From Pecten maximus (taxonomy: Eukaryota), in assembly GCF_902652985.1 (NCBI RefSeq), contig NC_047020.1, positions 15,624,001-15,688,000 of the forward strand: a stretch of 64,000 bases of DNA. Direction: 5' to 3'. Below are positions 36,201 through 48,184 of this stretch, one piece after another. Within the stretch, counting starts at the first letter, position 1, and each line of letters opens with the position of its first letter. The position numbers and the translations under genes are program-made. Under the pieces are notes generated by a model, which worked only from the letters and a program-made list of their open reading frames with translations, was not told the DNA's origin and searched no databases.

Positions 36201-39200
36201 ATCTTATTTTCTTCCTGTGAAGGAGCTGGACATAATAGCCAATGGAATTGAATGGCAGGCCACTCTACCAATCACAACCATAGGAAAGTTAGATGCCATT
36301 GTGTTCTGGTTTGACCTTCACCTTGATGATGAAATCTCTATAACAACAAACCCTTCCATGGAGAACTGCTGGGAGCAAGCAATATTCCCTGTACTTCCAT
36401 CCCATTTCCATCAAAACTGCTGTGGAATGCTTCATGGTAAATATTATAAGACTCTATCATATGTGGTCATGTAGGATAGGGATATTCCACCCGAGGGGTC
36501 ACAAAATGTGGTAAAACCCGAGGCTCTGCCGAGGGTTTTACCACATTTTGTGACCCAGAGGTTGAAATATCCCTATCCTACATGAACCACATATGATTGA
36601 GTATTTTTCTCTCATTCCCCAACCTAAAATATGCAAAAATAGGCACTATCTGTCGATAGCTTTCTCAGATAGACGCCATTTTTTCTCAATCCAAACTTTT
36701 TTTCTACTGCATATAATAAAAAAAGAACAGCGCCAATCGATTTACCATACCCCATATATGCAAACAACGTTTGCTGTTCTAAAAACGAAGGAAACCATTC
36801 ATTTCCACAGTCTTAACGTTGTTTCAGCAGCCCTGTCATTGCAAGCGAAGCCAAATCACTTGATGTTGGCCAAGCTAGTGTGTCCTTTCGCGTGAAAATA
36901 TAGTTCCATGTTTTATTAATAAAAAACAATAAAAGAACGTGTTTTTTTACATAATTTATATCATAAATAAAAAAAATTATTATCTGATTACATATCTTAA
37001 TTCAATGACGATGTGTTTACAAATCTATAGATAGATCTACTTTCGGTTCGGCGACCTACTTTTGTATCATTGCGTGCGCGTGGCTATCCTACACCGGAAG
37101 CGAGGTAATACACACACAGCAAGCATGGGTGTATTTACCTGGACAGACCAGTATGATACCGGTAGGGATGAGAGAACAGTAATTGCTTAATATGATTGCA
37201 GCTCTAATGAATTTTTTTTATATATAATTTCCTTTCATTAGAATGCATTCCTCAACTTCATAATCTTTAATTTTTCAGACACACAACATGGTTTTATAAT
37301 TCGAGAGGGAGACTCTCTTCATGTGAAGTTCAGTCTGGGGGAAAATTGTCTGTGGTTGGTGTCTTGTCACTGTTGCCATGACAGTGATGAATCGGTGCCC
37401 TACATGCCCTTGGCAGACTTCATCTGTCCACCTCAGGTCACAGAACAATACATGCTGGACAGGACAGAAATAGACAAACTTAACAATTTGTATTACAATA
37501 AAATGTTCTGTCAAGCTATAGACAAACACGTTTCACTTCTCAATGGTGCCGACAGCCTCAGAATCCTGGATTTCTGTGGTGGATTATCTCCCCTTTGTTT
37601 ACAAGCACTGAAGGATAGTCATCATCTAGGTATTGTAATAGCTAGAGAAGGGCTGCAAGACCTTATATGGAAGCTGATGTCTGTAAATGGCATAGAAAAT
37701 GACAGACTTCTGCTTGTGGAACCTTCAAATCTGTCAGAGGTTGAGGGAGAGTGTCAACTCCTCTTGTGCGACATCATTGAACAATGTGGCATTCTTAAGC
37801 AGCAAGTCCTAGAGGACATCGCTCTTCTCAGGTGAGTAAACAAAACAAGTTCATTAGTATTTTTCAAATTAGACTAAGTACACTTTCCAGGTACGTCAAG
37901 CTCTAACACTTTCCAGGTAAGTCCAGTTTGAACACTTCCCAGGTAGGTACAGTTTGAACACCTCCTAAGTAGGTACAGTTTGAACACTTTCCAGGTAGGT
38001 CCAGTTTGAACACCTCCCAAGTAGGTACAGTTTGAAAACTTCCCAGGTAGGTACAGTTTGAACAATTCCCATGTAAGTCCAGTTTGAACACTTCCCAGGT
38101 AAGTCAAGTTTGAAGACTTCCCAGGTAGGTACAGTTTGAAGACTTCCCAGGTAGGTACAGTTTGAACACTTCCCAGGTAGGTACAGTTTGAACACTTCCC
38201 AGGTAGGTCCAGTTTGAACACTTCCCAGGTAGGTACAGTTTGAACACCTCCCAGGTAAGTCCAGTTTGAACACTTCCCAGGTAGGTCCAGTTTGAACACC
38301 TCCCAAGTAGGTCCAGTTTGAACACTTTCCAGGTAGGTCCAGTTTGAACACTTGCCACAAGCAGGCCGTGTTTGTCCCAGGTACATCAAGTTAGACTAAG
38401 TACATCTTCCAGGTATGTCAAGCTAGTGTGCTTCCAAGGTACGTCAAGTTAGAATAAGTACAACAACTATGCTTTCCAGGTAGGTCCAGTTTGTACACGT
38501 CCAAGGTAGGTCCAGTTTGTGCACGTCCAAGGTAGGTTAATTTAAGTACAATTTCTAGGTAGGTCAAACTAGTATGCCTCCCAGATAGGTCAGGTTAGAC
38601 TAAGTACAACAACTAAGCTTTCCAGGTAGGTTCAGTTTGAGCACTTCCATGGTAGACCCAGTTTGAGCACTTCCAAGGTTGGTCACGTTTGTACACATTT
38701 CAGATAGGTCAAGTTACACATGAATTGACTACTGATATACATTATGTATACCCAGGGTCAACCTTTCCACTGTATATATGAGAGTTCCCTGAAACATATC
38801 TCCTGTGATAAATTAAATTGAAATAGAATAGACTAGTAATACATACCTGTACTTCATGTTCTTCTTCAAACACAGGGCCACATGTCTATGTTCTGGGGGA
38901 GTCATCATTCCTGGCAAGGTTACCATCCATGGTCTCTGTGTGGAGTCGGAAATGCTACATGGAGATAGTGCCGTCATCAATGAACGCACACTGGGTTACA
39001 ACATTGCCAAGTACATGAACAATTATCAGGTAGGTCTTCACCAAATCTGAACATCTACCCACTTTAATGTAATTGTACCCCACTACCTACCGTACAACAA
39101 AGTATTATAAAGCACTGTCATTATTTATTTTATTCCTTCTGCAAGCCTTTCATTTTAGTTATATTGGCATAGTGGTTCTCGTTCTGGGTAATAGGAGGAT

Positions 39201-40973
39201 ATTACACTAATTGTATCTTGTCTTATTCCATTTTAGATATACATGTATATTTGCTTTAATAACAGTTTTACAAAAAGTTCATCGGAAATCTTGTGATTGT
39301 CCTTCTGGTAGGGATTTCTGACTTTCAACTTTGCCAGTATTTATAAATTTTTAAAAAGTTTTAAAAATTTAAAAGATAAAACTGTCTTAAGATTAAAATT
39401 TTTCACAAGTCCACCTGGTTATATACGATCTTGAGGCAAAGATGGGTAAAGTATCTGGGGGCATTACCTCTTAGAAGCTGTTCAATTTCTATGTTTGGGC
39501 ATACCTAGCATTGCAAGTATTCAGTACATGTTGGCCATGATGTTTTCTTGAGAGATTGTCCCTAGTATTATCCAGATATCTGAAATCCAGATATAAATAT
39601 TGGAGTGACTGAGGGTGCAACATTTACTCTTGGATGTGATTCCATAATGGTGTCAAGGTATACATGTAGTTGGTGTGTTCATATATTGGGTATTCCAATC
39701 ATTTGTGGTGGATTCCAATAGTGAAGGGTTTGAGTGTTGATCAAGTTTCAGTGATTTGGTAATCTACAATCCATAGTGAGTGATTAGTAATGTGGACAGG
39801 TTTCTAGCTGTGATATTCTGTATAATGTTGTGTGTATTTGACAGTGATTTTACTCTTGAAAAAAAGAATGCCTGACAGGTGGCAATCTTAGATATTTAAC
39901 CAACCAATCCATCATCAAATGGGAGCAGAGGCAGAATAAATTGTCCATTGTGAATTTATCAAGAAATACAGAATGGATCTTCTCCTTGGTGCCTTGTTAT
40001 GCAATTTACCAAGATTGATGAGATAAACAAAATGTCTGACTGAAGGCCATCTTGGATTTTGTTTCAGGTCTTATTGCTATTTCTCAGAAAGTGCTGGATT
40101 AATGTCATATGCACCAGTATAATCATCTTGGTGCCTAGTGGTGCATGTTAAGTTTGTGACTGATCAGATAAACCTAATTGTTGATTGGACAGACTGGCCC
40201 CCAGCCCCAAAGAATGGAATTATCCCCCCTAGTTTGACTAGACATATCCTAGGGACCAAAGTTATAAAGAACAATTTTATTTATAACCTAATAATATTCT
40301 GGACAGGTGTCAGTCTACCACTAGGTTTAATCTGGCATTTTGTTAGTTTTAGGATTGTTATTGCTATTCTCAGTAAGTGTTAGATGGATTCTCCAAAACC
40401 ATTACAAAAACAGGTTTCCCTTGGTACTTTGTTGAGGCTAATTGGATTACAAAATTGCCAACAGGTGGCTATTTTGCTTTTTGACAGATGAAGTTTTTGC
40501 TATTCTCAGAAAATATTGAATTAATTTGAATTTTATTGCATGTTTTATGTTTCAAATAATTTCTGTTTAACAATACAAATATGTCCTTCTTCCAGATGAC
40601 TAACCATGTTGATATAGATCTGGCAACGTTATCACATGTCAGGCTCTCGGACCCATTTGTCTTGATGAAATTTGATCTCAACGAGCATCTCCATAATGAT
40701 GAGCCTCCATCCTTTCTGGAGCAGACACAGGAGGTGAAGGTCACCATGACAGATGTAGGACATCTCACTGCTGTTGTATACTGGTTTGAATTTGAACTGG
40801 CTGATGGTTTGAGGTTCACAACACTCGATGGAACCTCCCATTGGAAACAAGCTGCTGTAATGTTAAAATCTCCTATTGAATTTACAATGGGACAAACAGT
40901 GGACTTAAACATTTCATTGAAAAACAGTTGTATCAGTATCAAAATTGGTAAACAGTTGAATGATACTCCATGA
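27280..40973 (+). CDS. PRMT9: Protein arginine N-methyltransferase 9 (TPR + two PRMT modules), ~786 aa
   Basis: Exons 27280-27572, 31835-32071, 32834-33001, 33157-33268, 34842-34918, 35400-35574, 36223-36436, 37279-37831, 38876-39029, 40596-40973 (2361 nt, phase-consistent). N-terminal TPR; [12 protein letters not shown]; motif [13 protein letters not shown]; double-E loop [13 protein letters not shown]; CWEQA; second module ends SHWKQA. Confidence 0.95.
27773..29119. mobile_element. Non-autonomous TIR transposon (CAGAG..CTCTG, 7-bp TSD, P-like) carrying ~4 tandem 210-bp repeats
   Basis: TIR CAGAGACATATATACAGAGAGATT / AATCTCTCTGTATATATGTCTCTG. TSD CAGAAAA at 27766-27772 and 29120-29126. Unit starts near 27950, 28150, 28360, 28570. 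Confidence 0.85.
29500..30160. mobile_element. Older, inverted relative of the 27773 element (single internal unit)
   Basis: ~29795-30150 is a reverse-complement copy of ~27785-28170. Degenerate TIRs lie at ~29505 and ~30155. Confidence 0.7.
32062..32300 (+). repeat. 34-38-bp tandem amplification of the PRMT9 exon 2 / intron 2 junction
   Basis: Unit GAATACTGAG|GTATGTAACTTAACTGGTTCAAGGTCGG, about 6 copies including the real donor. Confidence 0.9.
33429..34691 (+). mobile_element. HINE-like element with ~300-bp internal repeats (PRMT9 intron 4)
   Basis: 5' hairpin AGGTCACCTGAGACAAAGTCTCAAGTGACCT, gtccgtcgtcgtgcgtccgt tract, 3' CAGGTGACCGTTAAGGCCCATGGGCCTCTTGTT. Confidence 0.8.
36463..37176. 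mobile_element. Non-autonomous element with ~125-bp terminal palindrome and asymmetric inverted repeat (Crypton-like architecture)
   Basis: Palindrome ~36463-36590. Internal TTCTCTCATTCCCC (~36607-36620) is inverted relative to terminal GGGATGAGAGAA (~37165-37176). Confidence 0.65.
37876..38715 (+). repeat. 26-bp minisatellite (CCAGTTTGAACACTTCCCAGGTAGGT)n in PRMT9 intron 8, degenerating 3'
   Basis: Tandem units visible directly; most contain CAG|GTAGGT or CAG|GTAAGT. Confidence 0.92.
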
Positions 40974-42141
40974 ATAAAAGAACCGATATCAGACACCATT
41001 GTAAAATAGCCAATGAATTGTACATCACCAAATACAGTGAATACATTTTATACAATATCCAAAATTGTAATCTGTACAGTGAATCCATGTACTATATGTA
41101 TTGTATATACAGTTGTCATTAATAGTCCAGGAAATACAATCAAACCATTTTAACAATGACAGATGAAATATTTTAAGACTTCTGAAATTCAAGTTATTGA
41201 CTGATGCTGTAGCCAGGAAGTTCTGCAATGTATAGAGGCCAAGAAAAGCATGTCACTATGTCGGTGACGAAGAATTGACATTACAGGGAAACAATTCTTG
41301 AAATGCAATCAATTTAACAAGAAATATCTTTAAAAAAGATAAACGGCATAGTTTTAATGCTGGTGGTTATAATGTAAAACTGCTGGTTAAATAAATCAAC
41401 AAATTAATGCGTTTCAGCACAGATAACAAAATTATATCAGTTTGAATCATTTTTGGTGATAATAAGACTGCATTTGAATCAGGAATATAATTTTATTAAT
41501 GTATCATTTGAAAAGGATACATCCACTTATTCAGCTTGCATTCAATCTTAACTTTGTTTCGTCTTTTTAATTGCATATCTGTATTTTGCATTTACTGCTA
41601 CATTGACCAATCACATACTTCATCTTGACCAGTAACGCCACCTGTCGCGTCATATCCGGGCCAAAAGAATATTATACGGCCATGCCGAAAAATCTTCAGG
41701 TCAAATCAGAACTTTTTTAACTTGCATGTCAGCTTTAATCTTGAACCCTAATATTGCAAGGCTAAAGGTTTGGAATGATATAATCCCGCCAGAATCATCT
41801 AATATAAAGGTCTTAATTATTAAGAATCCTTCTCCTGACTGAAGCAAGCTTTTATCACAGTGCAAAGCCTTTCCTGAAGGAAGCATGAACGGGGACTGAA
41901 AGATAGTATCAATAGTAAGAAATGCAAGAGATTGTATGAAATTGTGTGAATTCTGTCAAAATGGGAACTTTCCTCAAAAGTTGCAAACTATATTTGTTAA
42001 TTTCAAAAATGGTGGAACAAACACAAAAGACAATTTAAAGGCAGATTATTTGCAATAGGTACATGTTCAAATTCCTAAGGAAGACTCCATTGATCAGTAA
42101 CTGAACTTTGAGGTATCCATTGGCTGACCTGTTGTGTAAAA

Positions 42142-43000
42142 AAACAAGGGCCCAATGGGCCCAAATCGCTCACCTGCAATGCAGTAATCTTTTCATATAT
42201 GGATCCTGCAGTTATTTGAAAGCATGCTACAGGACCAATATAATGTCTCTCTGCACTTTGGCTATTCACTAAAAGTCATTAAAAGATTTAAGCATACTTG
42301 ATCGACGTGACCTTGAAGGTCAAGGTCATTCATTTGAACAAAGTTGGTAGCACTTCACCCCAGCATGCTACAGACCTAATATCAACTCCCTGGGACGCTT
42401 GGTTATTGAGAGGAAGTCGTTTAAAGATTTTAGCCTTTTTGACTCCTGTGACCTTGAATGAAGTTCAAGGTCATTCATTTGAACAAACTTGGGAGCCCTT
42501 CACCACAGCATGCTGCAGGCCAAATATTAGGTTTCTGGGACTGTTGGTTATTGAGAAGAAGTTGTTTAAAGATTTTAGCCTTTTTGACTCCTGTGACCTT
42601 GAATGAAGGTCAAGGTCATTCATTTGAACGAACTAGGTAGTCCTTCACCCCAGCATGTTACAGACCCAATATCAAGTCCCTTGGTCTTTTGGCTATTTAG
42701 AAGAAGTCGTTTATTATTATTTTTAGCATATTTGACCCCTGTGACATTGAATGAAAGTCAAGGTCATTCATTTGAACAAACTTGATAGCTCTTCACCCCA
42801 GCATGCTACAGACCCAATATCAACTCCCTGGGACACTTGGTTATTGAGAAGAAGTCGTTTAAAGATTTTAGCCTTGTCAACTTTATTCATTTGAACAAAC
42901 TTGGTAGCCCTTCACCCCAGCATGCTATAGGCCCAATATTAGGTCTCTGGGCCTTTCGGTTATTGAAAAGAAGTTGCTTGAATGGAAAAGTTGACGCCGG
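42142..43000 (-). mobile_element. HINE-like element with ~145-bp internal repeats
   Basis: End AACAAGGGCCCAATGGGCCCAAATCGCTCACCTG; repeated tgaccttgaa..caaggtcattcatttgaacaaac..cttcaccccagcatgctacag units. Confidence 0.75.
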
Positions 43001-43460
43001 ATGGCCTGTCAACTTTGTCAACTTAATACTGAAATTGTTAATGGCTTTAAGAAGTGTCATTCAGTAGTCACAAAATATGAACATACAACAGGAGGAAGTT
43101 TAAATATTATTTATTTGATATCAAATGAACATAAAAGCTAACAACTAGTCTATGAAAAGGAGGTATGCTGGTACTAGTGAAACTGTATACATAATGCAAA
43201 GTCAGAACTGCAGCCATTTGTCATGTTTCCATGCAGTTTTATAGACACTATTGTAAAATGAAGAGGAAATGCAGATAATCATAATTATTTATGTGTAAAA
43301 TATGCTACATATACAAATTTTCAGTTAGCTCCAGTATAGTATATTGGAGTGATAAGTGCAGTGCACTCAACCATGGGTATCCGACAATGACAGTTCTGCA
43401 GGACAGGTATATCTGTTTATATCATAAAATTGTGGAGCCGCTGCAGGCACATAACGATGA

Positions 43461-43893
43461 TTGTTGGATATGGAATTTATTTCACACTCGTAAGTTGTTT
43501 TTTAAAAGTTGCAAAAGACATTCGACAGCAAGTGTCTTTTGCAACTTTTAAAAAATAACTTACGAGTGTGAAATAAATTCCATACCATCAATCATGAGTC
43601 AAGTGACCTATTTCTACCACAATAATATCGGCTTGAATCAAAGGGAAATGTGGCCAAGTATAATTGTGCGTATGCAAATAAAGTGTACCGGTGACGTCCG
43701 TGACCCGGTGATGTGACATCATTGATTATTGATGACGTCAATAACAATTGCAGCTTGGGTCAAAGTTCGAATTCTTGACCAATCAAAAGACCGGAAGGTC
43801 ATATACCACTAGGGGTATATAACATATATTTATCCAACAGTCGGCACATTTATACACTGGCTTGAGAGTGGAATAACAGTATTGTGGTAGAAA
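43461..43893. mobile_element. ~430-bp long-hairpin element, copy 1
   Basis: Palindrome ~43468-43585. TTTCTACCACAATA (43611) is inverted to terminal TATTGTGGTAGAAA. A second copy lies at 45257. Confidence 0.8.
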
Positions 43894-45256
43894 ACATATT
43901 TTACTACTGTACCTGTAGATAGTACTTTTTAAATGTATCAAAATTACTGCATTTATACCAATGTCAGCAGTAACTTTCATATATCAAGTTGAAATGATTG
44001 AAAGTACAGAAACATTCCACAATAAATGAATCCATGTACATCTTTTCAAATTGACATATAACACAATAAGAAGAATATGGAAATGCAATTTTGTTGATTT
44101 TTTTATAAAACAAAAATAAAATCATCCACTTTTCTGTCACTTGTGTACCATAATAAATGTATTTACCTTGTATTATGTACATTTTTTGCAAACTAACAAT
44201 CATGAAAGGATACCTTGATTGGCACATGCCGAATCAGCCGGTCAGCCTAATTTTTTATCAGTTCCTCGTCTGGTTTCTCTTGGGTTCCACCTTATCAACT
44301 GGACATACGAAAGTGGATACACTTGTTGGGTGATTACGAATCTATCATGCCAATGACTTAAAACTGATTATAAGTTTATTTCTGGTAATCATCTGGGTTC
44401 CATAACAAAGTTAGGAACAAAGGCTGATTGCAAGTCTCCATGTATACTTCCCATGTGGAGATATTTATCTAGGTAGTATACATACAAAACACACTCAATT
44501 AAGTTTTTAAAAAAACACTGTATTTTAAGTGTTATTTTTTTTCTTTTTCCTACAGGGGAGAATAAATTACACAACTTTGTAAAAGCATATTTGAGCAGCA
44601 ATCCATCTATTTCAAGCTTTTTTGATTGTCCTTAAAATACTATTAAATGTACACATTGTGTTGCACTTGTGTTTTGATGGGGGACGGTTTGTGTTGCTTA
44701 TCTACAAATAAATAGTTAAAAAAATGTATTTTCCATCTCCCACCAAAGATTCACATCTCGAGTAGCTTGTACAATATCTTGGACATAGAAACTTTGTAAA
44801 AGAATTATAGACTCTCCAGGCAGTAACACTAGTTGCCGACTTCCATGCAGCAAAATGATAAATAAAACTGATGATGTATACACAATTTGGATACAGACTA
44901 TGATATCACAGTTTTTCTCGACTAACATCTTCATAACAAACTCGCACATCTCTTAACAAATACATAGCAAACCGAGGTTAGTACTTAATTCCTCACCATT
45001 AAAGAGGAATTCCTCACCATTAAAGAGGAAATTGGTATGTTTTTTACTATGATGTAAATATAACGATTACATTCTCTGTCGGGCACACATTTCAACTTGT
45101 ACATTCTATATATTAAGTGAATGTAATAAGTTAGGATCTGTTTAAACACATGCCTCTCAATCACAAACAATATTAAAGCATTGTTTCCATAATATTACTC
45201 CAAAGCTTTGTGGGCAGGGTTGAACTGTATGGTAAATAGAGGTTACACAACAAGTT

Positions 45257-45690
45257 ATTGTTGGATATGGAATTTATTTCACACTCGTAAGTTATTTTTT
45301 TAAAGTTACAAAAGACATGAGCCTTAGCGAGCGTCTTTTGTAACTTTTGAAAAATAACTTATGAGTGTGAAATAAATTACATATCCAAAAATCATGAGTC
45401 GTGTGACCTGTTTCTACAACAATAATATCGGCTTGAATCAAAGGGAAACGTCTTATTTCGTGCATACAAATAAGGTGTACAGGCGACGGCCGTGACCCGG
45501 TGATGTGACGTCATTCGATTATTGATGACGTCAATTACAATTGTAGCTCGGGTCAAAGTTCGAATTCTTGACCAATCAAAAGACCAGAAGGTCATATTCC
45601 ACTAGTGGTATATAACATATATTTATCCAACAGTCGGGCCATTTATACAATGGCTTGAGAGTGGAATAACACCGGGTATTGTGGTAGAAA
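45257..45690. mobile_element. ~430-bp long-hairpin element, copy 2 (same orientation)
   Basis: Alignable end-to-end with 43461-43893; palindrome ~45261-45388. Confidence 0.8.
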
Positions 45691-46262
45691 CAGGCTTTTT
45701 AATCTACGTAATCTCCTGGAATAAATTACTTACATTTGGTTCCATTTTACTGAAGTTCAATTAATGTGGTTCCATTTTACAGAACTCTTTTAAACTTTCA
45801 GGTTTTCTCTCGTATTACATCCACACACATACACAAAAATATTTTAGACGGTTAACAATCAATCTATAGGATGATAGATGTAACATCAAACATGACAAGC
45901 AAATACCCAAAATATTAAACTTATTTCTCTTTAACATATCCATTCTAATCAATCTTTTTAAAATCTTTTTTCATGCAGTTCATGGATTCCTTCAAGTAAA
46001 TGCTGATGAAAATGTTTTATAAGAATCAAATTATGTTTCCTCCATTCTTGAAAATTAATCCTTCATTGTGCAATGTTTTATTCTACAAACGAATCATAGT
46101 AAGTTTTCTGTTACAGTAACTTCACAGCCTGGTGTTTCAGAGTAGACACGCCACAAGATGTGTCCAAGTAAGACTGTTAGTTGCACATCACACAAAACCA
46201 CTCAATGTTGACAGTTAATCTGCCTTGGCATAGCTTTGTCAAGCTGTCTTCAAGGTTTAATG

Positions 46263-46621
46263 TCAACAAGAACTTCTCACACCACTTTTACCATCATTTT
46301 CATCATCATCATCATCATCTACAGACGTTTTCTCACTTTTGTTTTCATTGCTTTTCTTTGCTTTTTCCATATTTTCACTTTTATTCATTTTGTGTCCAGA
46401 ATCTGCCTCCTGTTTTTCCTCATTTACATCTTGAATTTTTTCTTTGTTTTTGTTTTCACCACTGTCTTCTTTCTGTTTTTCTGTTTTTGTAAAACATTCT
46501 GTGGTGTCTTCCATTTTTGTATCGCATGTATTGGTATTATATTTTCTGTTGTTTTCCTCATTCAAAACAGCTTTGATCCTGGACAACAAACCACCATCTT
46601 TGTCCTCAACAGCCCACAAAC
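46263..46621 (-). CDS. DNAJA3: Alternative terminal coding exon of DNAJA3 (charged/acidic ~119-aa tail; isoform ~560 aa)
   Basis: Acceptor tatttacag| at 46622-46623 is phase 1, matching the donor at 48558. Open frame GLWAVEDKDGGLLSRIKAVLNEE...DDDDDDENDGKSGVRSSC*. Confidence 0.7.
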
Positions 46622-46844
46622 CTGTAAATAGATACATAGATCCTAATAAAACAATGTTTAATTTGTATTGCAGAAACTTTGGCAATGATATCTAAATAAC
46701 TAAGTCATGCAAGTCATTTGACTCGCCAACTTTGCTTCTAAAGAAATATGTGTAGAAAAATATTAACCAATTCAGAAATTTAGATTTCATATTGGTGATC
46801 TAAGTTTAAGTTGTATAAATCAAACAAGAAAATATTTACCAGTG

Positions 46845-47602
46845 AAGTGATAAAACATCTCATCTAGGTCTACGGCCAGTCAACAAGTGATAAAACATCT
46901 AATGTAGATCTACGGCCAATCAACAAGTGATAAAACATCTCATCTAGGTCTACGGCCAGTCAACAAGTGATAAAACATCTAATGTAAATCTATGGCCAAT
47001 CAACAAGTGAAAAAACATCTTATCTAGGTCTATGGCCAATCAACAAGTGATAAAACATCTAATGTAGATCTACGGCCAATCAACAAGTGATAAAACATCT
47101 AATGTAGATTTATGGCCAATCAACAAGTGATAAAACATCTAATGTAAATCTATGGCCAATCAACAAGTGATAAAACATCTTATCTAGATCTACGGCCAAT
47201 CAACAAGTGATAAAACATCTAATGTAGATCTATGGCCAATCAGTAAGTGATAAACCATCTAATGTAGATCTACGGCCAATCAACAAGTGATAAAACATCT
47301 AATGTAGATCTACGGCCAATCAACAAGTGATAAAACATCTAATGTAAATCTATGGCCAATCAACAAGTGATAAAACATCTTATCTAGGTCTATGGCCAAT
47401 CAACAAGTGATAAAACATCTTATCTAGGTCTATGGCCAATCAGTAAGTGATAAAACATCTAATGTAGATTTATGGCCAATCAACAAGTGATAAAACATCT
47501 AATGTAGATCTATGGCCAATCAACAAGTGATAAAACATCTAATGTAGATCTATGGCCAATCAACAAGTGATAAAACATCTAATGTAGATCTATGGCCAAT
47601 CA
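46845..47602. repeat. 40-bp minisatellite (CAACAAGTGATAAAACATCTAATGTAGATCTATGGCCAAT) x~19
   Basis: Exact 40-bp periodicity, no spacers. Confidence 0.97.
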
Positions 47603-48184
47603 TTTCCTGATTTTAATCAGGTTTGCTTCATAACACCACCACAAATTATCAACAAGCAAAAACACAAAACAAAAACTGAATTTGAAAAAAACGTAACCTG
47701 TGATTTCAATCCGCTTCTTCATTATACCATACCAAAATATTAACTTATTAAAGATTTGACTATGGAATACAAGACGGCCATCACGCAGTCATATTCTTCA
47801 CATAAAGTCCCATGGAAACTTGTATGCACATTTAAGAAATACTTATGCCCAGCACTTTCCGATAGCAATGTTATCAAATTTAACACTCAAATCAAAGGTG
47901 GCCACCTGGCAGGTATAATGTTCCTCTGATTTGCAAACAAAAGTATGGGGGAAGAGCCATTCTTGTCTTCAGAGACATTTTCTAGTTCTGGATTGATGCA
48001 TTTGTACAAAGTTTAAGATATAAAGAAACTGTAACAAGATTAAGATATAAAGAAACTATGAATTTATACACTTAAAATATATATTTAGTTTGGAACCTTC
48101 ATCATGATAACTTGAACAGACACAAATATCACTAATGTACTAACACTTACATGTTGATTATGGTCATGGGAAATTTTTTTGACT

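Noticed and set aside
46181-46695. His-rich and Ile/Phe-rich ORFs on the + strand
   Set aside because: Antisense shadows of the purine-rich DNAJA3 alternative last exon.
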